Below, piece after piece: positions 8,461 to 17,744 of a stretch of 64,000 bases of DNA. Under the pieces are notes generated by a model that was given only the letters and a program-made list of their open reading frames with translations, was not told where the DNA came from and did not search any database. The stretch is from a virus (taxonomy: Duplodnaviria > Heunggongvirae > Uroviricota > Caudoviricetes). The position numbers were made by a program, and so were the translations under genes. Location of the stretch: positions 18,941-82,940 of IMG/VR virus record IMGVR_UViG_3300011155_000013; one strand, 5' to 3'. Each line of letters starts with the position of its first letter. Position 1 is the stretch's first letter.

Positions 8461-8766
8461 TCAGGGGTTACAGAGCTTCTCGTTGAGCTCGTCCACCGGC
8501 GAATCGCTGTAGCGATCACGCAGCTCGAGCGCCTTCGTCTGGAGGATGAAAGGCGCCCACCCAGCCCATCGGCCGTCCGCCGTCTGGTACTTCACCTCTC
8601 CGCATACGACGCCTGGCGCACCGTCGGCGACGTTCCTGAACTGAACGCTGCTTGGGTTGCCGATGAAGTCCGTGTTCTTCGCGGCGTCCATCAGGCGGCT
8701 ATCTGTCCCGTCTTTGCACGCCACCAAAGCCAGCAGCATCGCGGCAGTGAAAATAATTTTGCGCAT
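8461..8766 (-). CDS. small lipoprotein (101 aa) on the opposite strand between terminase and portal; a moron
   Basis: MRKIIFTAAMLLALVAC signal peptide with a lipobox. AAGGTG SD before the ATG at 8766. Confidence 0.6.
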   Translation of the reverse strand: MRKIIFTAAMLLALVACKDGTDSRLMDAAKNTDFIGNPSSVQFRNVADGAPGVVCGEVKYQTADGRWAGWAPFILQTKALELRDRYSDSPVDELNEKLCNP

Positions 8767-8885
8767 GCTTCGCACCTTATCCCTGTGATTTCTGAGAGTA
8801 GCGGCAATCCGCCATTTCAGGCAAGCCACCCAGGGTAAATAGCCTATTGCGTCAAGGGGTTACATCCACAATAATCCGCCTAATT

Positions 8886-8907
8886 CCTGTAAACCTGTAA
8901 ATACAGT
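8886..8907. promoter_or_regulatory. half-site plus full motif (cctgtaaa cctgtaaatacagt), ending 2 nt before the portal ATG
   Basis: Seen in sequence. Confidence 0.5.
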
Positions 8908-8909
8908 TA

Positions 8910-10367
8910 ATGGCGAAACGCTCACCAGGTTCGGATTCATCTCGGTACCAGCAAGCTGGTTCGAATGTCGTGCTGCCTACGAGAAACCTCGCAGGTAAGG
9001 CCAGAGCAAAGCGCCCAGGATCTGACTTCGATCGGGGTCAGTCGATCCGGAACGAACTCAACCAGTACGTTTCGAAAGCGATCCGCGATATCCGCGAGCG
9101 GTCCGATGTCAACGACATCATCCGCACGCTGATGCGTGAGGACGGCCTCTTCAGCTCAGCCGCCAACAGCATGGTTGCCTTGGCTGCCAACAGTGGCTAC
9201 CGCCTGGCCTGCTACAACGCAGAAGGGGCGATGGACCTGGCAGTGATGGGCACCGCCTACTCGCTGCTGGACCGCCTGAGCACGCTGCACGACTACAGCC
9301 AGGGCTTCAACGATAAGCCGGGCATGCAGTCCCTGCTGACCACCCTGCAGATCGATGTGATCGGCACGGGCGGCTGCGGTGTCGAGCTGGTACTGGACAA
9401 GGCGTTTGGCCCGGAGCGGCTGGTCCCGGTTGGCTATTCCACAATCCAGTGGGAGGCCGACGGCAAGGGCGGTCGCTACCCGACGCAGGACAACGGCGAG
9501 ATCGACCTGAACCTGCCGACCGTCTTCATCGCCGAGCACAACCGCAACGCCGACGAGGCCTATGCGGTGAGCCTGCTCCGGCCCGGCCTGACGCACACGA
9601 TCAACTTCAACGAGTTCCTGGAAGACACCAACCGCGCCGTGAACCGCACCGGTCACAGCCGTCTGGTGGCCACGCTGATCAGCGAGAAGGTTCTCGCCGC
9701 AGCGCCTGACCAGGTCAAGAACGACCCGGCCAAGCGCAACGAGTTCTTCAACCAGGTCCGCACCCAGGTCGAGGAAGCGCTCGAAGGCCTGGAGCCGGAA
9801 GACGCCCTGGTGGCCTATGACAGCGTCACGTACGAGGTCAAGGACACCGGCGGCAGCAAGGCTGACTACAGCCCGATGCTGACCACGCTGGGCAACTTGC
9901 TTGGCGCGTCACTGAAGACTCCGGCGTCAGTCAGCGGCCTACGTGCTGAAGGCGGCCAGGGCCTTTCCAACGCCGAGACGCTGATCTACCTCAAGGTGGT
10001 CGAGGCAGCTCGTCCGCCGGTGGAAGAGGCAATGAGCCGAGCCCTGACCCTGGCAGTGCGCCTGCTCGGTGTAGAAGGCCACGTCTACTTCGAATTCCTG
10101 CCAGTGAACCTCCGTCCGGAGGAAGAGCTGGAAGCCTACAAAGGCACCAAGCAGAAGCGCGTTCTCGAGCTGCTCAGCCACGGCCTGATCAACGATGCAG
10201 AGGCCTGCTACCAGCTCGGCGTGCGCCCACAGGGGCTCATCTGGTTGCTGGCCGGTACCGGCTTCTACGGCAAATCCGCGCCGACCGGAGAAGGTGAGCG
10301 TGAGAGTTCGACCGGCCGCGCGCTGAACCCAGGCACTCCGAGCAAATCCGGGGGCGACGACCAATGA
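8910..10367 (+). CDS. portal protein
   Basis: 485 aa. Position between terminase and protease. Acidic, Gly-rich C-terminus. Confidence 0.6.
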   Translation: MAKRSPGSDSSRYQQAGSNVVLPTRNLAGKARAKRPGSDFDRGQSIRNELNQYVSKAIRDIRERSDVNDIIRTLMREDGLFSSAANSMVALAANSGYRLACYNAEGAMDLAVMGTAYSLLDRLSTLHDYSQGFNDKPGMQSLLTTLQIDVIGTGGCGVELVLDKAFGPERLVPVGYSTIQWEADGKGGRYPTQDNGEIDLNLPTVFIAEHNRNADEAYAVSLLRPGLTHTINFNEFLEDTNRAVNRTGHSRLVATLISEKVLAAAPDQVKNDPAKRNEFFNQVRTQVEEALEGLEPEDALVAYDSVTYEVKDTGGSKADYSPMLTTLGNLLGASLKTPASVSGLRAEGGQGLSNAETLIYLKVVEAARPPVEEAMSRALTLAVRLLGVEGHVYFEFLPVNLRPEEELEAYKGTKQKRVLELLSHGLINDAEACYQLGVRPQGLIWLLAGTGFYGKSAPTGEGERESSTGRALNPGTPSKSGGDDQ

Positions 10368-10431
10368 CCCGTGACGACTACCAAGGCTTCACCCCGGTGG
10401 GGTTTGGCGAAAGCATCCCCAAGGAGACGAT

Positions 10432-11817
10432 ATGAAGGGTTTCCGAACCTGGCTGGGTACCGAAGAGGCGCTGGCTGAGCTCGACCGCTTCGAGGCGATG
10501 TACGCCGGCCAACCGCCTGAGAAGCTGGCCTACGACGAAGACGAAGATGGTCGCCCGTCCCGGGACAAGGACTTCAACGTCTACAGCGACCGCAAGGGCC
10601 TCTACCTGCTCGAGCGTATCGGCAACATCGCCATCGTCAAGGTACATGGCTCGCTGACCAACACGCACCGTTGGTGGCACGAGTACCTGGCCGGCCAGGT
10701 CACCAGCTATGAAGCGCTGGCCGACGCGCTGCAGATCGCGGCCAACGAAGAAGGCATCACTGAGATCCTCATGGATTTCGCCACCGGCGGCGGCGTTGTT
10801 CGTGGTTTGGACGTGATGTCCGAGGCGATCCGCCGCGTGGATGCCCGCAAGCCGGTCTACGCCCACACCGATTCGCACTCGTTCTCCGCCGGCTACTGGC
10901 TGGCCTGCACGGCACGCCGGGTCACCGCCTCTCGTATGGCTGAGGTCGGCTCCATCGGCACGCTGATGGTCCTGTCGACCTACGTCAAGGCAGCTGAGAA
11001 GGAGGGCATCGAGTACCACGTCTTCCGGGCCGGCGAGTTCAAGGCCCTCGGCCTGCCGTACGAGACCCTGGACGACAAGGCCAAGGCGTACATCCAGGAA
11101 AACCTCGAGAAGACCAACAAGTTCTTCCTCGAGCACGTATCCCGCAACCGAAACCTGATGATGAGCGAACGCGATCGTTGGGCAGAGGGCAAGACCTTCT
11201 TCGCTGAAGAAGCGCTTGCGGTAGGACTGATCGACCGAGTTACCACTCTGGCCGATCTCATCGGAAGCGCCGCTTCCACAACCACCACCAGTGACCCCCG
11301 GAGATTCGAGATGAACATCTCTGCTGAAAAACTGGCTCAGATTGCGGCCGGCGCCGACCCGAAAACGGTCCTGACCGCGGAAGAGCTCAAGCAATACGAG
11401 GCGAGCCTCGAAACCCCTGAGCCCGAGGCCAACGAAGGCAACGGCGAAGGTGGCGACGAGCCGGAAGCCGAAGAGCCTGAAAAGCCGGCAGCTGACACCA
11501 TGGCGCTGATGAAAGAGATCGGCCGACTGGAAGCCAAGCTGGAAGCTGCCGAGGCCGACAACGCCACCCTGCAGCAGGCGCTGGCAGGCCGTGACGCTCA
11601 GATGGCTTCGCTGCTGACCGTCGCCCAGGTCGCCGTAGGCAACCTTCAGGCCGCGCTGCAGCGCCCGAAAGAGGCCAAGAGCACCGCTGCCGAGGTCGTC
11701 GCCCAGTTCAATGAGCTGCAGGGCGACATGGCCAAGCGATTCAAGATTGGTCAGCAGACCACTACCCCGACCGAGGACACCACCCGTGCTCAGGTCACCA
11801 CGTCGTTCCGTCACTAA
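10432..11817 (+). CDS. prohead protease (S49/ClpP-family) fused to a coiled-coil scaffold domain
   Basis: N-terminal ~250 aa resemble SppA/ClpP-type serine peptidases (GGGVV...HTDSHSFSAGYWLA). C-terminus is Ala/Glu/Lys-rich coiled coil. Confidence 0.65.
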   Translation: MKGFRTWLGTEEALAELDRFEAMYAGQPPEKLAYDEDEDGRPSRDKDFNVYSDRKGLYLLERIGNIAIVKVHGSLTNTHRWWHEYLAGQVTSYEALADALQIAANEEGITEILMDFATGGGVVRGLDVMSEAIRRVDARKPVYAHTDSHSFSAGYWLACTARRVTASRMAEVGSIGTLMVLSTYVKAAEKEGIEYHVFRAGEFKALGLPYETLDDKAKAYIQENLEKTNKFFLEHVSRNRNLMMSERDRWAEGKTFFAEEALAVGLIDRVTTLADLIGSAASTTTTSDPRRFEMNISAEKLAQIAAGADPKTVLTAEELKQYEASLETPEPEANEGNGEGGDEPEAEEPEKPAADTMALMKEIGRLEAKLEAAEADNATLQQALAGRDAQMASLLTVAQVAVGNLQAALQRPKEAKSTAAEVVAQFNELQGDMAKRFKIGQQTTTPTEDTTRAQVTTSFRH

Positions 11818-11832
11818 CTGAGGAGGCCAGCC

Positions 11833-12288
11833 ATGGCTGATTTCGAATTCAATGTGCTGACTCACAGTCCTGAGCGACTGAACGTCATCGCCACCAAGCT
11901 CGGCCCCGATGCCGCTACCAAGTACACCGACAAGGACAAGCGCAAGGCTGTCAAGTTGGGTGCGGTCGGCAACCACGTCCTGTGCGTGGCAGGCGACGAG
12001 ATCGAAGGGTTCATCGACAGCGTCGAGGCGGCTACCTCCGGTGGCTTCTCCTTCGGCGGTGTAGCGCGCGGGAACCGCGGCTTCCGGGTCGAGGCTCAAG
12101 TGGGTGCAGGCCAAGGCGCAACGCCGATGGCCGTAGGCGACCTGGTGGTTGCTGATGACCAGCTGGCGATCGGCACTGCCGGCAAGGCGCAGGTCAAGAC
12201 CGGCACCCCGGCCACCCACAAGTACCGGGTGATGAACGTCAAAGGTACCGGCCTGGCCGGCACCACTGTCGTCCTCGAACTGCTCTAA
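11833..12288 (+). CDS. hypothetical head protein (151 aa), decoration-like
   Basis: Position between scaffold and capsid. Gly-rich. Confidence 0.35.
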   Translation: MADFEFNVLTHSPERLNVIATKLGPDAATKYTDKDKRKAVKLGAVGNHVLCVAGDEIEGFIDSVEAATSGGFSFGGVARGNRGFRVEAQVGAGQGATPMAVGDLVVADDQLAIGTAGKAQVKTGTPATHKYRVMNVKGTGLAGTTVVLELL

Positions 12289-12297
12289 AACTTGGCA

Positions 12298-12321
12298 AGC
12301 AGACCTGTAAATACAGGTCTG
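12298..12321. promoter_or_regulatory. 24-bp perfect palindrome gcagacctgta-aa-tacaggtctgc containing the motif, about 30 nt upstream of the major capsid gene
   Basis: Seen in sequence. Confidence 0.6.
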
Positions 12322-12352
12322 CTAACCCCCAGATATACAGGAAAAAGTCAGT

Positions 12353-13534
12353 ATGAAACCATTCAAACTCGAATACTGGGCCAAGGACGAGAAGGGCGGC
12401 AAAGTCCTGAAGTCGGTCGACGTCACCGTCGAGGCCTACAAGCACGCAGCTGAGAAGGGCATGACCCTGCGTCAGTACGTCAAGCACCTGGCGTCCGACT
12501 GGGACCGCAGCATGGGCGACCCGCTGGACCAGATGTACGCCAACTCCGGCCTGCTCGACGGCCAGAAGTTCGGCATGCCGGCGATGACCCTGCAGGACAT
12601 CGCCAAGGCCCAGCTGGCCGACGGCTTCCGCCGCCCGGACGGCAGCGACAACAGCCTGGGCGCCCGCCTGCTGTACCCGCAGCTGATCCTGGAAACCATG
12701 CAGGCCAACGCCCTGCGTGACGACGGCAGCGACATTCTGGCGATCTGGGAAAGCCTGATCGGGGTCAGCCGCAACATCAACGGCACCAAGGCCGACCAGC
12801 CGATCATCGACACCACCGCACCGGAAGGCAGCCGCAGCGGTCGTATCGCCCAGCTGGCGGAGCCGGAGACCATGATCTCCATCACCACCGGCGACAAGTC
12901 GTACCGCATCCCGACCAACTCGATTGGTCTGATGATCTCCGACGAGGCCATGGCCGCCACCACTATCGACCTGGTTCGTACGGTGATGGAAGCGCAGTCC
13001 CGCGGCGATCGCATCCGCCGCGCCATGGAGCAGTTGAAGTCCATGGTCCAGGGCGACATCGACGCTGGCATCGCCGCTCTGCCGGTGACCAAGATCAGCG
13101 AGTTCGACAGCTCGATCACCACCAACGGTGTGATCACCAAGCGCGCCTTCATCAAGTGGCTGCACAGCAAGCAGAAGATCTGCAACCTGAGCCAGGTGCT
13201 GACCGACATCGACACCGCCATCGACATCGATGACGCCCTGCTGCCGAAGGTCACCGGTACCGACTCGTCCAAGATCGCTGCACCGTGGGGCGGCCTGAAC
13301 CTGGGCATCACCCAGCCGCGCATCGTACCGGTGGACGCTGACGTGTTCGGCGCCGCGCACCTGGTCGGCCTGGACCCGCGCTACGCGATCCAGCGTTTCG
13401 TCAACGTGTCGGCTTCCTACGACGCGATCGAAGAGTACGTGATGCGCAAGGCGACCGGCTTCCGCGTCGACTTCGGCGAGATGTCCACCCGCCTGTACGA
13501 CGAGGCGTGGTCGGTAGTCAGCCTCGAGGCGTAA
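12353..13534 (+). CDS. major capsid protein
   Basis: 393 aa following protease/scaffold and decoration genes. Strong expression context, including a downstream GC hairpin. Confidence 0.65.
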   Translation: MKPFKLEYWAKDEKGGKVLKSVDVTVEAYKHAAEKGMTLRQYVKHLASDWDRSMGDPLDQMYANSGLLDGQKFGMPAMTLQDIAKAQLADGFRRPDGSDNSLGARLLYPQLILETMQANALRDDGSDILAIWESLIGVSRNINGTKADQPIIDTTAPEGSRSGRIAQLAEPETMISITTGDKSYRIPTNSIGLMISDEAMAATTIDLVRTVMEAQSRGDRIRRAMEQLKSMVQGDIDAGIAALPVTKISEFDSSITTNGVITKRAFIKWLHSKQKICNLSQVLTDIDTAIDIDDALLPKVTGTDSSKIAAPWGGLNLGITQPRIVPVDADVFGAAHLVGLDPRYAIQRFVNVSASYDAIEEYVMRKATGFRVDFGEMSTRLYDEAWSVVSLEA

Positions 13535-13580
13535 CTGATCGGGGCCGGCTCCGGCCGGCCCCGCTCCAAGGAGAGCGAAC

Positions 13581-13841
13581 ATGGCACTGAAGAAAACCGA
13601 AGCGTCGGAGCTGGCTACAGCAGAGGCCGCGCTGGCAGCCGAAGCGGCAAAGGCCGAGGAAGAAGCCAAGGCAGCTGAGAAGGGCGAAGGCCTGGTTCTG
13701 GTCAAGGTGGTCAACCTGACTCACTCGACCCTGTACCAGCACTCGACCGGCCTGTCTATCGGCCCGAAGGCCGAGAAACCCCTGCTGAACGACGGGTGGC
13801 TGGCCAACCAGATTAAAGCCCGGCTGCTGAAGCGAGTGTGA
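13581..13841 (+). CDS. hypothetical structural protein (86 aa)
   Basis: ORF in the head-tail joining region. Confidence 0.35.
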   Translation: MALKKTEASELATAEAALAAEAAKAEEEAKAAEKGEGLVLVKVVNLTHSTLYQHSTGLSIGPKAEKPLLNDGWLANQIKARLLKRV

Positions 13842-13844
13842 CCC

Positions 13845-14333
13845 ATGAGCCTGTTCAGTTTGACCACGTTCGACCAGATCCGGGGTGTGCTCACCGTCTC
13901 TCAGGCAGACCTGCCTGACGAGGTGCTGGCTTCCTACGGCCTGGAGGACGACTTGGCTGTCGATCTCGACGACTGGGCAGGCGACTGGAAGGCGATGTCA
14001 GCGGCAGGCTCTGCAGACACCGCCAGCGAGGAGGACACCAAGCGTTATCGCTTGCTGAAGCTGTTCTCCAAGTATTTCTGTGCGGCCCAGGTGGCGGTCA
14101 CCGCGCCTGTGTTCGTGCTCACCAAGACCTCAGATGGCTCCAACGAGGGGCAGCGAGGGGACTCTGAAGGCTTCTTGTGGCTCCAGAGGGCGATGCTCAC
14201 CAAAGCCTCGCAGTACCGGGAGAAACTCCTGGATCTGTTGAACGCTGCACCTGTGGACAGCTCGCTGACCTTCATCTCCCGTGTGGCGCCTGGGCGTGAC
14301 CCAGTTACCGAGGCTCGCAGCGATGTTTCTTAA
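13845..14333 (+). CDS. hypothetical head-tail connector-like protein (162 aa)
   Basis: Called on position only. Confidence 0.35.
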   Translation: MSLFSLTTFDQIRGVLTVSQADLPDEVLASYGLEDDLAVDLDDWAGDWKAMSAAGSADTASEEDTKRYRLLKLFSKYFCAAQVAVTAPVFVLTKTSDGSNEGQRGDSEGFLWLQRAMLTKASQYREKLLDLLNAAPVDSSLTFISRVAPGRDPVTEARSDVS

Positions 14334-15225
14334 CAAGATCGCAGCGAAGAAGATCACCGAGCCGATGGAGGCATGGGACGAGACCACTGAGTCGTTCGTC
14401 CCAGGCTTCACTGGCCGTATCGACCTGACCGACCGGTTCCTGTCGAACTTCAACAAGCCCCTGCGCCGGCGGATGCTCTACACCGAGTTCGGCACCGCCT
14501 TTCCGGACAGCAGGACGTTCCGCCACCCAGGCACAGGGCAGGTCTACCTGCTCGGGCAGACGCGGTCTGATGCGCTTGACGGCCGGCCGTACGTTGATCT
14601 GACGGTGTGCCACCTGGCCACCGACGAGCCGAACGGAAGTGCGGGGCTGGCCACGATTTACCGGAAGTCCCCGGTAGGCCCGCCCAACGACCCAGGCTGG
14701 CTGGTTGAGCAGCCGGTGGCCAAGGCGTTCGTGGACCTGGAGTTCCGCACAAGCGCCAACGAAGCGGACACCTACGAGGTCAAGGTGGAGAATTTCTTCG
14801 CCTTCCTGCCGGCGCACATCAAGTGCGAGGAGTGGGATTTCCTTGAACTTCACGGCAAGCGCTACCGGGTTGTGGACACATTCCCGGACAGCGGCCTTGC
14901 CGGCCTGCGTGTGGATGAGGAGCCAGACCATCGGCTCGACTTTGTGCTGCATGTCGACGGCGAGAAGGTCTACAACCGGACCACCCATCAGTGGGACCTG
15001 GCCACTGCATCGTTCAACGTCACGGGCGTGCTCACCAAGTACCGCGATTTTGCGCTATGGGCGGAGGATTCTGAGAGCTACTTCGAAGTGGTGATCGATA
15101 AAGCCCACATCGGGATGCGCCCAGTTCCTTCGACCATGTCGCTGGAGATTGAGGGCAAGCGCCGGATTATCCGCCAGGTCTCCACGCAGCCAGGCGAGCG
15201 CCAGTACATCCTGAGGTGCCAGTGA
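14323..15225 (+). CDS. hypothetical structural protein (300 aa)
   Basis: ORF 14281..15225. ATG at 14323 overlaps the upstream stop. Confidence 0.4.
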   Translation: MFLNKIAAKKITEPMEAWDETTESFVPGFTGRIDLTDRFLSNFNKPLRRRMLYTEFGTAFPDSRTFRHPGTGQVYLLGQTRSDALDGRPYVDLTVCHLATDEPNGSAGLATIYRKSPVGPPNDPGWLVEQPVAKAFVDLEFRTSANEADTYEVKVENFFAFLPAHIKCEEWDFLELHGKRYRVVDTFPDSGLAGLRVDEEPDHRLDFVLHVDGEKVYNRTTHQWDLATASFNVTGVLTKYRDFALWAEDSESYFEVVIDKAHIGMRPVPSTMSLEIEGKRRIIRQVSTQPGERQYILRCQ

Positions 15226-15743
15226 TGGCCGGCGATAAGCGCTTCTCAGGACAGGCAAACCAGCTGGCAGATGCCGTAGGGCAGCTGTTCAACCGCGCCA
15301 TCCGATCCGCTCTGCTGGAAGGGTTGGAGATGGCGATACGGTCGACCAAGCACGACTCCTCCAACGCCGCTGCTCACTGGATGCTTGCAGGGGAGAGCAA
15401 AAGCCGCCCGTGGCAACGACGGCTCGGGAAGATCCGTGACTTGAGGGGAACTAAAGGCGGACGCGCACCGGTGGCCCCGGTCGGGTTCCGCCGGGACGGC
15501 GGAAAGAATCTGCCGGCGACGGTGAGGTTTGTCCGTGAACGCGAGCTGAAAGAGGTGCTGGACGACCTGGTCTCAGGCCGCCGCCCTGAGTTTCGCTTCT
15601 ACTTCTACAACGCGGTCGGAGCGGACGAGGGCTATTCCACGAACGCCAACATCGACGAAGCCGGTAAAGAGGCGGTGAATCGAACCCTCGCCGCCGCGGC
15701 CCGCCGGATCATCGCCGGCAACACGAGAAAGGTACCGCTCTGA
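15216..15743 (+). CDS. hypothetical head-tail joining protein (175 aa)
   Basis: Called on position only. Confidence 0.35.
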   Translation: MPVMAGDKRFSGQANQLADAVGQLFNRAIRSALLEGLEMAIRSTKHDSSNAAAHWMLAGESKSRPWQRRLGKIRDLRGTKGGRAPVAPVGFRRDGGKNLPATVRFVRERELKEVLDDLVSGRRPEFRFYFYNAVGADEGYSTNANIDEAGKEAVNRTLAAAARRIIAGNTRKVPL

Positions 15744-16177
15744 TGCTGCAGTCCATGACTGATTCGCTCGCCTTCATCCGCGAGATCGTGTTTGAGCAGG
15801 TCACGCCAGGGACCCGGTTCGCGTTCAGTTTCACCGACGACGCTGACGTTGGCGACCTACAGGCCGGGCCGCTGTTCGACCAGAACGAGGAGTTCTTTCT
15901 GTTCGAGGCAGAGCTTGCCGACACCAAGCGGGCCGGCGTCAGTGCAGTCTCTCCGACCCGTTGCTGGGGGGAGTTGGTGGTCAGCCTGCTGACCAAGGAC
16001 AGCAGGCGGGAGATACCAAACAAGCGACGGCTGGAGGAGGTCTCCAACTGGTTCGCAGAACAGACGATCCGGGGTATCCGGTTTCGTACCTTCACCCCGT
16101 TGAGCACGGCGAAGGTGATGGGCTTCACGTCGTACAGCGGCGTGCTCAACTTTGATTTTGACATCTCGAGAGGGTAA
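15743..16177 (+). CDS. hypothetical tail completion or terminator-like protein (144 aa)
   Basis: Position immediately before the major tail gene. Confidence 0.35.
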   Translation: MLQSMTDSLAFIREIVFEQVTPGTRFAFSFTDDADVGDLQAGPLFDQNEEFFLFEAELADTKRAGVSAVSPTRCWGELVVSLLTKDSRREIPNKRRLEEVSNWFAEQTIRGIRFRTFTPLSTAKVMGFTSYSGVLNFDFDISRG

Positions 16178-16181
16178 CCCT

Positions 16182-17216
16182 ATGCCAGTCAAGAGCTTTA
16201 CCGATACCTCCGCCGTTTCGCTGGCATACGCGATCGGTGACGGAACCACTGCCGCCGAGTTCGCCGGCCAGACGTTCAACTACATCCCCTTCACCACCGA
16301 AGGGTTCAACATGGCCAAGGAGGCGAAAACCTCCACTGCGATCACCAACGATCGCCGCCAGAGCAACTCCAAGAACACCAAAGGCAGCGCATCCGGTGCG
16401 GTCACCATGGAGTTCGGCGCCACGCCGTTTATCCAGGACATGCTGTCGCTGGGGCTGATGAACGAGTGGACTCCGGTCGATGAACTGGACACCACCAAAG
16501 GCGTGTTCATCACCGACGGCGACATCAAGAAGTTCATGGCGGTGGAGAAGACGGCCAAGAGCGGACCGGATGCCACCGACACGCTGTTCCATGAGCGCTA
16601 CTACGGCACCATGGTCAACGACTTCACCCTGGAGTTCGGGGACGGTGAGCTGATCACCATGGCACTGAACACCATTTCGATGTTCGCCGATTACGGCAAG
16701 GCGGCTGCAGGCGCCGACGGCCTCGGCGGCAGTATCGCAACTGCGAAAGCGGTACCGGCTGACTATGAGATCGCCGACAGCTCCAACAACCTGAAGAACC
16801 TGATCCTCAAGGATCCGGAGGGCAATGCCCTGGAGGTTGTGTTCTCGGACGCATCGCTGCAGATCCAGAACAACGTCCGCGAGCAGTCCGGCCTGGGCTT
16901 CGAGTTCGCCGCCGGCGTGGGTATGGGTAAGGTAGGCGTCGCGCTGTCCGGCGAGATCTACTTCTTCGACCAGACCATGCTGGACGCGCACATGAAGAAC
17001 AAGCGTCTGTCCGGTGAAATGACCGTCGATACGGCGGAGGGCACGTTCCATATCCTCCTGCCGAACCTGGTTGCGCAAAGCCCGTCGAACAGCGCTGACG
17101 GCGAGAACCAGGACTACAAGACCTCGCTCACCTTGACGGCTGAGAAAGGCACCGTAGAGATCGGTGGCGTGCAGCGTGTCTGCGCCGTGGCTATCACCTA
17201 CGTCGCCAAACCGTAA
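16182..17216 (+). CDS. major tail protein
   Basis: 344 aa. GAGAGG SD. Position before the chaperones and tape measure. Confidence 0.55.
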   Translation: MPVKSFTDTSAVSLAYAIGDGTTAAEFAGQTFNYIPFTTEGFNMAKEAKTSTAITNDRRQSNSKNTKGSASGAVTMEFGATPFIQDMLSLGLMNEWTPVDELDTTKGVFITDGDIKKFMAVEKTAKSGPDATDTLFHERYYGTMVNDFTLEFGDGELITMALNTISMFADYGKAAAGADGLGGSIATAKAVPADYEIADSSNNLKNLILKDPEGNALEVVFSDASLQIQNNVREQSGLGFEFAAGVGMGKVGVALSGEIYFFDQTMLDAHMKNKRLSGEMTVDTAEGTFHILLPNLVAQSPSNSADGENQDYKTSLTLTAEKGTVEIGGVQRVCAVAITYVAKP

Positions 17217-17238
17217 ATACGGAAAGCTGTAAATATGG
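17211..17238. promoter_or_regulatory. ccgtaaatacgg plus ctgtaaatatgg motif variants between the major tail and chaperone genes
   Basis: Seen in sequence. Confidence 0.5.
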
Positions 17239-17292
17239 CCGTCCATCCAGTAGGATGACGGCCATCTTCATAAGCACGACCAAGGAAATCAC

Positions 17293-17715
17293 ATGCTGGA
17301 TATCGACAGCCTCGCTGTAGACCCAACCGCCGCGGAAGAAGGCGTCTGGGCAACCTTCATGGGCGCCCGGCTCAAGATCGCGCGCCACAACACGAACAAG
17401 GCCAACGCCCTACGCGCCAAGCTGACCCTTGAGCAGTGGGATGAGCTGACTGCCGGCACAGACGACAGCGACCGCATTGCCAACGAGATCAACGCCAAGG
17501 TTCTGGCCGAGACCGTGCTGCTGGACTGGGAAAACGTAACCAAAGGCGGCAAGCCGCTGGAGTACTCCCCGAAGGTCGGCCACGAATACCTGCTCGATCC
17601 GCGATTCCGAGACCTGGCGCAGTTCGTTGAGAACTTCTCGCTGAACCGCGGCAACTTCCGCGAAAAGGCAGAGGCAGAGGCAGCTGAGTCGGTAAAGGAT
17701 TCTGCCGCTTCCTGA
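17293..17715 (+). CDS. tail assembly chaperone
   Basis: 140 aa, acidic, immediately upstream of the tape measure. Confidence 0.5.
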   Translation: MLDIDSLAVDPTAAEEGVWATFMGARLKIARHNTNKANALRAKLTLEQWDELTAGTDDSDRIANEINAKVLAETVLLDWENVTKGGKPLEYSPKVGHEYLLDPRFRDLAQFVENFSLNRGNFREKAEAEAAESVKDSAAS

Positions 17716-17744
17716 TCACGCATGGCGCGAAAGGGCTGAAGGCA

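Noticed and set aside
12298-12321. Interpretation of the motif as a LexA/SOS box or sigma54 promoter
   Set aside because: The spacing is CTGT-N4-ACAG, not the CTGT-N8-ACAG of gammaproteobacterial LexA boxes. No GG-N10-GC sigma54 register aligns across copies.
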